From: Candidatus Bathyarchaeia archaeon
GTDB taxonomy: Archaea; Thermoproteota; Bathyarchaeia; Bathyarchaeales; Bathycorpusculaceae
Direction of reading: 5' to 3'
Length of the DNA: 64,000 nucleotides
Assembly (NCBI GenBank): GCA_038882975.1
Contig: JAVZNE010000004.1
Coordinates: 1 to 64,000 of the forward strand
Below, one piece after another: positions 58,016-64,000 of the stretch (the first letter of the stretch is position 1; every line of letters starts with the position of its first letter). A model generated the notes under the pieces. That model was not told the DNA's origin. It was given only the letters and a program-made list of their open reading frames with translations, and made no database searches. A program made the translations under genes and the position numbers.

Positions 58016-59434
58016 TTATTCTCCAAATATTCTTCTGAAGGCCGGATACATTTCAGCAGCCCTCTCCCGCACCAAAATTTCATAGTACTGGTAAATTATG
58101 CCTACGGAAAGCAGAATCCCTATTCCAGAGCCGAAAACTCCGAAAAAGTCTGATAAGCCAGCAATCAGCCCAACTATGATTCCGCCTAAAACGGTAACTG
58201 CTGGAATATAGCGTTTGAGAATCTGCTCAACAGCCTTGCTTGAACGTCTATAACCCGGAATCTGCATACCAGCATCCACAAGCTGCTTCGCCACCGTTGA
58301 TGGACCTAAACCACCAACCTCAAGCCAGGTAAGCGAAAAGATTACGCAGAAGACTATAAGAATTATTAAGTATCCAACAGCTCTTAAAGGCTCATGCATC
58401 ACGTTTGTAAGGTTGCCCGGCGAAGTCACAAAATATACAAGGCCTCCCGCTGGAACGTATTGCCTAGTGTTGGGATCCTGTCTATACGAACCTAAAAGTT
58501 GAACTAAGAAGTTGTCTTTACCCCATGGTTGGCTCCATAGGAGATATGAGAAGAAGTATATGTTTGCGAAAAGTGCTGATGCAAAAATCACTGGTAGATT
58601 CGAAACGTATAATAGCTTTATTGGGTACCGGCTTCTGAAGCCACGATAGCCAGCATAGGAAAGCGGCAACTCCACCCTAACACCCTCCATGTAGATTATC
58701 ACTAGGAAAGCAGCTATTGTCGCTATAAACCCTGTTAAGGATGGGAGGTTGCCTCTTAACCATAATCCTGCAATTGGTCTTCCATTAATTATTGCACCCG
58801 CTAACGCTGGGAAAATTCCGTGATTGTAATATTCATCCACAGCCCCGCTGATATCGAAGCATTGGAGGAATATCTGTTGTGCAACGCCTGCCATTATGAA
58901 GAGGCTTATTCCGCTGCCGAATCCCCAACCCTTTTGGATAAGCTCGTCTAAAAGTAAAACTATGAAACCAGCAGCTAGGAGTTGAAGAAAAACGATTATG
59001 GCTGTTGTACCCGGTAAGGAACCATACATCCCGCTTATTATGTAGGCTGATGCTTGTACACCTGTAAGGATTATCGCTAATACCTTGCTCGCCGTTGTAA
59101 ATAGAGCTCTGTCTTCGGGCTTTGACATATCACATTCTATCATGGCTGAACCAACCAGAAGCTGCAGAATTAAACCGGCGGTCACAATTGGACCTATGCC
59201 CAGCTCCATTAAGGTACCGCGGCTTGAAGCAAAAATTATTCTTAAGGGAGCAAATTCCTCTGATCTTTGAATGCCATAAAGGCTGCATGCGTTGCTGGCC
59301 ATTACTAGGTATATTATGAGGGCTATGGCTGTCCAGAAGAGTTTTTCATTAAAGCTTACTCTGCGCTCCGGAGCCTTCACCTCTGGGATAAAACGTGCAA
59401 GGGGTTTGAACATGTTTAAGAATCTTCCAGCCAT
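58016..59434 (-). CDS. secY: Protein translocase subunit SecY
   Basis: ELGIGPIVTAG, GSGISLFI, YVSNLPVIF. Confidence 0.97.
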   Translation of the reverse strand: MAGRFLNMFKPLARFIPEVKAPERRVSFNEKLFWTAIALIIYLVMASNACSLYGIQRSEEFAPLRIIFASSRGTLMELGIGPIVTAGLILQLLVGSAMIECDMSKPEDRALFTTASKVLAIILTGVQASAYIISGMYGSLPGTTAIIVFLQLLAAGFIVLLLDELIQKGWGFGSGISLFIMAGVAQQIFLQCFDISGAVDEYYNHGIFPALAGAIINGRPIAGLWLRGNLPSLTGFIATIAAFLVIIYMEGVRVELPLSYAGYRGFRSRYPIKLLYVSNLPVIFASALFANIYFFSYLLWSQPWGKDNFLVQLLGSYRQDPNTRQYVPAGGLVYFVTSPGNLTNVMHEPLRAVGYLIILIVFCVIFSLTWLEVGGLGPSTVAKQLVDAGMQIPGYRRSSKAVEQILKRYIPAVTVLGGIIVGLIAGLSDFFGVFGSGIGILLSVGIIYQYYEILVRERAAEMYPAFRRIFGE

Positions 59435-59443
59435 GGACTACAG

Positions 59444-59881
59444 CTACTCCTCGCTTTCTTTTGCTCCCGTCAGAACTTGTCCTCCAGCCTCCTCTATTTT
59501 TTCAACTGCCGATTTCGAACAGGAGGCAACCTTAACAATTAGAGGTTTCGTTACTTTTCCAGCGCCGAGAAGCTTTGTATAGCCTAAACCTTCCAAGTCT
59601 ATGAGAATTTTGCCTTTCTCTGTTTTTCCGCATTTTTCGGCTATTTCTTCAAGTTCTCCAACATTTATAATTTTGACTCCCTGCCTCAAACTTTTAGATG
59701 AAGTGAAGCCCTTTTTCCCGAAGTATTCTGGCTCGTATTTTATGACGTATGTCCAGCCGTGCTTGTGGCGTCCGGCTCTACGGTATCCCTTGGAGCCTGA
59801 TTTTCTATGCTGTCCTACCCTTCCGTAGCCGCAGGTTCTTGAACCGCGTTTTTTGCGAATTTTCCTAAGCTTATGAGGCAT
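59444..59881 (-). CDS. rpl15: 50S ribosomal protein uL15
   Basis: RGSRTCGYG, FGKKGF, KLLGAG, KIEEAGG. Confidence 0.96.
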   Translation of the reverse strand: MPHKLRKIRKKRGSRTCGYGRVGQHRKSGSKGYRRAGRHKHGWTYVIKYEPEYFGKKGFTSSKSLRQGVKIINVGELEEIAEKCGKTEKGKILIDLEGLGYTKLLGAGKVTKPLIVKVASCSKSAVEKIEEAGGQVLTGAKESEE

Positions 59882-59883
59882 CT

Positions 59884-60324
59884 TTAACCAGCAACCTTGT
59901 TCAGTGGTCTCTCTTCTATGGCTTTCTTTAACTGTATTTCAAGGACTCCATTCTTATATGTTATGCGGGCTGCTTCTGGAATCACAGCGTCTGGAAGATT
60001 TAAACTTTTATAGTATCTGCGTCCTTGAGCCTTTGCCATCAAAGTTAGCTGCCGTTTTTCAGCTTGAACTTTTATGTTTTCCCTTTTAAAGCCTTTAAGC
60101 TCAGCAACAATAACTATCTTGTCCTTTTCTCTAAAAACATCTACTAGCGGCTCAGGCTCCCTCAATTTTTTAACTTTAAACGTCTTTAAACCTTTATACT
60201 TATGAGGGAGCTGCCTCCGCTGATCTCTCAAATTTTCAAACCTGAAAACTTTCTCTTCATTTTTGACAAGTCTTTTCGCGGCTCTAAACCACTTGGGACG
60301 CTTCTCGCTTCTCCGCCATCTCAC
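59884..60324 (-). CDS. Hsp20/alpha-crystallin domain protein
   Basis: PLVDVF, AELKG, LNLP, YKNGVLEI; RBS GGAGGAG. Confidence 0.85.
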   Translation of the reverse strand: MRWRRSEKRPKWFRAAKRLVKNEEKVFRFENLRDQRRQLPHKYKGLKTFKVKKLREPEPLVDVFREKDKIVIVAELKGFKRENIKVQAEKRQLTLMAKAQGRRYYKSLNLPDAVIPEAARITYKNGVLEIQLKKAIEERPLNKVAG

Positions 60325-60401
60325 TCTGGTTTCTCCTCCCCTTTAACACAAACGCATTTCCAAACAAGTTATAAAAGGTATCGCCACAACAGAAAGGCCC
60401 T

Positions 60402-60890
60402 TTAAATCATTCTCTCCAAAAGTTCATTTATTTTCTCACCGCGGTATCCAAGCTCGCCGCCCATATCGTAGCCCTTCTTTATCTTACCCTTAAAACCCTT
60501 CGTCGGCGGATGCAACCTAAAATACGGCTGGATATTCGGAAGCTCCCAATACTCAACCTTACAGTTGTATATTGCTTCTGCAAGCTCCTCTAAAGAGGCG
60601 TAACCGAGCTTCTTAGCGTAATCATCCGTCAATTTCTTATTACCAACAAGTCTGCCCCTCTTTTTTAACAGCGCTGTTAAGGTCTCCTTCGAAATTTCAC
60701 CCCACGTTACGAAGTTTTGAGCCGTTTTTAACATCCCAAGAAAAGAGGGTCTACTATTGATTAAAATTGCATGGTTGTTCCTTTTCAAGTTTAGCATTTT
60801 TAGGGTTTCCCTAACTTGTAATGGCGCGCTTATTGTTCCGCGGACTCGTATAGCTGCGATACATTTTCGGCTTTCAGTTTCCTCCGGCAA
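60402..60890 (-). CDS. rpl30: 50S ribosomal protein uL30
   Basis: IRVRG, VTWGE, FRLHPP, GELGYRG. Confidence 0.96.
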   Translation of the reverse strand: MPEETESRKCIAAIRVRGTISAPLQVRETLKMLNLKRNNHAILINSRPSFLGMLKTAQNFVTWGEISKETLTALLKKRGRLVGNKKLTDDYAKKLGYASLEELAEAIYNCKVEYWELPNIQPYFRLHPPTKGFKGKIKKGYDMGGELGYRGEKINELLERMI

Positions 60891-60891
60891 A

Positions 60892-61527
60892 TTATTTCAC
60901 CCAGTCCATTGGTGTTATTAGGCTGTAGGTTTTCTTTAAGGCGTCAAAAATTGCGTATGCAAAGGATGGGACGGTTCTTGTTGAGCCGTAACTTCTCGTC
61001 CAACAATCTTTTATTCCAGCGAGTCCGAGAATAACCTTTGCAACTTCGCTGGCAACCAAGCCCAAGCCTCTCGGTCCTGGAACGATAATAACTCTTACGC
61101 TTCCACATTTTCCCTCAACTTGGAATGGCACTGAGTGGGGCTTTCCACATCCACATTCCCAGCTGCCACATCCCCGCCTTATTGGGACAAGGTTTAATCT
61201 GGCATCCGTAGCTGCTTTCTCTATTGCCGTCCGCACTTGACTCGCTTTTCCAGCCCCAAGTCCAATGTAGCCGTCCCTATTGCCGACGGCAACTATCGCT
61301 TTAAACCTAGACTTTTCACCAGCGTCCGTCTGCTTTTGCACGAGGTTTATGTTTATAACCTCTTCTTGAAGGTCTGGAAGCAAGGCATCAACAATCTGGG
61401 GCTCCCTTATGGGCAAGCCCTCCATAAAAACCTCTTCAATAGAAGTTATTTTCCCCTCCTGAATCAGTTTTCCAAGACGGGTTTTGGGAACCCACTCTTC
61501 TAAACTTCTAGCTCTATCCACCGCCAC
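60892..61527 (-). CDS. rps5: 30S ribosomal protein uS5
   Basis: [25 protein letters not shown]; GTG start near 61527. Confidence 0.96.
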   Translation of the reverse strand: MAVDRARSLEEWVPKTRLGKLIQEGKITSIEEVFMEGLPIREPQIVDALLPDLQEEVININLVQKQTDAGEKSRFKAIVAVGNRDGYIGLGAGKASQVRTAIEKAATDARLNLVPIRRGCGSWECGCGKPHSVPFQVEGKCGSVRVIIVPGPRGLGLVASEVAKVILGLAGIKDCWTRSYGSTRTVPSFAYAIFDALKKTYSLITPMDWVK

Positions 61528-62131
61528 GACTTTTACCCCCACTCTTAAAAGCGGCAACTACAGCCTTTTTAACCTCTGCAAAATGTTCGGGAAGACCTTC
61601 CGGAGAAACCTTATTCTTAAGATATTCTGAAAACGCAACCGTATACTTTTCAGTGTTTGTCGAAAGCATTTTCGCATATTTAGCTATATGCATGCCTTGG
61701 ATTCTTTCCTCGTCTGGCAGCTTCTCCTCCCCATATGGAACATTTAAGCCAGCATCCAAAACGCCTTTAAGGACGGCAAAGACTCTCCCACCCTTTGTTG
61801 GAGAATGCAATCCAATATCAAGAACCGCCTCTTCTATGCCTTTTGCCTTGGCTTTCAAACCACATAAAAGCCCTGTTAAATAAGCTGCTGGAAGATTACC
61901 CCTTGGAGCTTTCCAACCATAATTTTTTAGAAGTTCCCTACTGTGGGCTGAAACCAAAACTTCGTCGCCGTGGGGTTTGGCGGCAACTATTTGGACAATA
62001 ATGTTTTTGAGCGTGCCGCGAACCACAAGCCTAGGCTTTCTGGAAAGGATTAAGGCTTTTCTTTTATGATAATCTGTTTTGCCTTCTCTTCTTCGCCGGT
62101 ATGGCACACTGTAACGGGAGCTCTTTGCCAT
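61514..62131 (-). CDS. rpl18: 50S ribosomal protein uL18
   Basis: [20 protein letters not shown]. Confidence 0.96.
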   Translation of the reverse strand: MAKSSRYSVPYRRRREGKTDYHKRKALILSRKPRLVVRGTLKNIIVQIVAAKPHGDEVLVSAHSRELLKNYGWKAPRGNLPAAYLTGLLCGLKAKAKGIEEAVLDIGLHSPTKGGRVFAVLKGVLDAGLNVPYGEEKLPDEERIQGMHIAKYAKMLSTNTEKYTVAFSEYLKNKVSPEGLPEHFAEVKKAVVAAFKSGGKSRGGG

Positions 62132-62586
62132 CAACGTTTCCTCCATAGGTCATGAGCTTTCAGAAACCTCTCCATATCGGCGACAGATGTGAACCGCCCG
62201 CTTTTGACCATCGTGTAAAGTTTTCTGTAAGTGCTTTCGGTGATTGTTTTATTAGCCTTTAGCTCGCGAAGCCTCTTCCTTTGAGCGCGAACCTTGTCCA
62301 TCCAAGCCTCCTTTTTAGAAATTTTAGCTCTCGCTGCGCCACTCCTGCTCCCGGCTCCCCGCCTCAAGCCCTTCTTCTTTTTCTGGTGGATAATTCTCGC
62401 TCTCGCCCTGCTGACGCCTTTCTCCTTTAAAGGTTTAATCACACCCTCGTGGATAAGTTTCCTAATCTCTTCGCGGGTTATGGCGGCTTCAACATCCTCA
62501 ATTCTATTAGGGTCTATCCACACCCTATCCTGCCCAACCTTTAAGATTTGGGCTGCTAGGCGCCTCTGGCTTTTCAGACTTGTCAA
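62131..62586 (-). CDS. rpl19e: 50S ribosomal protein eL19
   Basis: [23 protein letters not shown]. Confidence 0.96.
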   Translation of the reverse strand: MTSLKSQRRLAAQILKVGQDRVWIDPNRIEDVEAAITREEIRKLIHEGVIKPLKEKGVSRARARIIHQKKKKGLRRGAGSRSGAARAKISKKEAWMDKVRAQRKRLRELKANKTITESTYRKLYTMVKSGRFTSVADMERFLKAHDLWRKR

Positions 62587-63140
62587 TGTTCTTTCTCTCC
62601 TCCTTCGCTTTTCTTTGCCCTTTTCCGTTTGGGTTTCGGTTTCAGTTCAACTGGCTTTTCTTTTTCTTCCTCCTCAGCCTCTTTTCCAGTCTCTTTCTCT
62701 CTTTCAGCTTCGGCTCTCTCCACTTCCTTCTTCTTTTCCTCTTCCTTAACTCCCACGTTCAAAACTGTTATTTTCTTCTTCCTTGCCTCCGCAAGAATTT
62801 GTAATCTGGTTCTTCTACCAACGGTGTGGGCAATCCGCACGGCTTGAGTTTTAGGGTTCACCTTCTTAAGTTCATCAACATTATGCACTAAAACCTCTTC
62901 ATAACCTGATGGATGGAGCCCCCTAGCAGCTTTCGGTCCTCTGTATCCAACATTTACAGTGGCGGGCCACCCCTTAATTTTTCTCCGCATTTTGTTGTCT
63001 ATGCCTTTTGGTCTGCGCCAGTTCTCCTTTAACCTATCGTAACGCCAGCTTTCCTGTCGCACAAAGTCAGGCTTTTTCTTTTTCAGTTTAGTCCTTATCT
63101 TCAGGGCTTTTTCTACAGTGGCGACGTTCTGCTCTTTCAT
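62583..63140 (-). CDS. rpl32e: 50S ribosomal protein eL32 with charged C-terminal extension
   Basis: [19 protein letters not shown]. Confidence 0.95.
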   Translation of the reverse strand: MKEQNVATVEKALKIRTKLKKKKPDFVRQESWRYDRLKENWRRPKGIDNKMRRKIKGWPATVNVGYRGPKAARGLHPSGYEEVLVHNVDELKKVNPKTQAVRIAHTVGRRTRLQILAEARKKKITVLNVGVKEEEKKKEVERAEAEREKETGKEAEEEEKEKPVELKPKPKRKRAKKSEGGEKEH

Positions 63141-63685
63141 GCTTCCATCCCCTCACTTTTCTCGTATAGGTATATGCCGTCCAAGAAGACGCGGGGGTCT
63201 TTCCTCCGCACTTTTGTGGCTTGTTCAATGTTTGCGGCTGTTTGGCTTACTTCTTCAAGATTTATTCCTTGAACAATTACGTCGTCGCCGGAGACTTTCA
63301 CCTTTGCGTTGCCGACGATTTTCGCTTTCCTCGGATTTCTTTCGCCAGTAAAGTTTTCGATAAGCACCATTCTGTCTTGGACCTTAACAGAAATTGGAAA
63401 GTGGGAAAAAACTATCTTCAACTTGTATGTGAAGCCTTTCTTAACCCCGGTAATCATGTTATTTATGTGAGCACAAATTGTGCCAACCAAGGCGCTCTCC
63501 TTTTTGCGGGGCCAATTAGCCCAAATACGGAGACTTTTGCCTTGTAGCTCCATTGAAACTGGAGCGTACGAAAAGTCTCTGGTTAAGGTTCCTTTGGCGC
63601 CTTCAACTGTCACCTTTTTGCCTTCGAGGGTTAATTCCACGTCGTCTGGAATTTGAACGACCTTTGAGACTTCAACAGCCCGCAT
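63137..63685 (-). CDS. rpl6: 50S ribosomal protein uL6
   Basis: [29 protein letters not shown]. Confidence 0.96.
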   Translation of the reverse strand: MRAVEVSKVVQIPDDVELTLEGKKVTVEGAKGTLTRDFSYAPVSMELQGKSLRIWANWPRKKESALVGTICAHINNMITGVKKGFTYKLKIVFSHFPISVKVQDRMVLIENFTGERNPRKAKIVGNAKVKVSGDDVIVQGINLEEVSQTAANIEQATKVRRKDPRVFLDGIYLYEKSEGMEA

Positions 63686-63699
63686 TTGCTAAATCCCTC

Positions 63700-64000
63700 T
63701 TAATAGACGTAGGCTAAGAGTCTGCCTCCAATGCCCTTTTCTTTAGCCTCCCTGTGGGATAGCACCCCTCTTGAAGTTGAAATTATTAAAAGTCCCACCT
63801 CTCTTGAGGGCAGAAACTTCTTCTCCCAATTCTCAATCTCGTCAACTTTAACGGCGAAGCGCGGTCTTATGGCGCCGCACTTATTTATCCGGCCCAAAAG
63901 TTGGACCTTGAACTTTCCGGAGCGCCCATCATCTATGAATTCAAATTCACCGATGTAGCCGTTTAACTGCATAACCCTCAAAACCTTGCCCAAAAGTTTA
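63700..64000 (-). CDS. rps8: 30S ribosomal protein uS8 (5' end outside window)
   Basis: [23 protein letters not shown]. Confidence 0.96.
   Translation of the reverse strand, partial: KLLGKVLRVMQLNGYIGEFEFIDDGRSGKFKVQLLGRINKCGAIRPRFAVKVDEIENWEKKFLPSREVGLLIISTSRGVLSHREAKEKGIGGRLLAYVY

Noticed and set aside
1-64000. Many short antisense or overlapping ORFs in the six-frame track (e.g. 624-1067, 6902-7378, 36991-37488, 57453-58085)
   Set aside because: They lie within well-supported genes on another frame or strand and show no recognisable motifs.
1-64000. CRISPR array, transposase, integrase or rRNA
   Set aside because: No regularly spaced repeats, recombinase motifs or rRNA-like sequence were seen by eye.

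Overview
64 kb of a densely coded archaeal chromosome. Gene content (egsA, aCPSF1-psmB, SmAP-rpl37e, SepF, an eL22 homologue, a structural-type tRNA endonuclease subunit) suggests a TACK-lineage archaeon, probably Bathyarchaeia (inference). It holds about 75 CDS, including two ATP-dependent DNA ligases, Mre11-Rad50, a HEPN-MNT pair, HypA plus an Mrp-type ATPase, a 1283-aa repeat surface protein, glycosyltransferases and the distal spc ribosomal cluster. It also holds tRNA-Gly(GCC), tRNA-Cys(GCA) and an unannotated box C/D sRNA. No CRISPR array, transposase or integrase was seen. The strongest candidates for new biology are: (1) a threonine-synthase-like protein with its PLP lysine replaced by Arg, fused to a PadR-type wHTH and heading an ECF S-component / amidohydrolase / AIR-synthase-like cluster with palindromes at the promoter; (2) a dual-guide C/D sRNA predicted to target 23S H69 and possibly 16S h44; (3) a processive GT2 module with flanking small membrane proteins. 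All functional calls come from reading motifs by eye; no searches were run.
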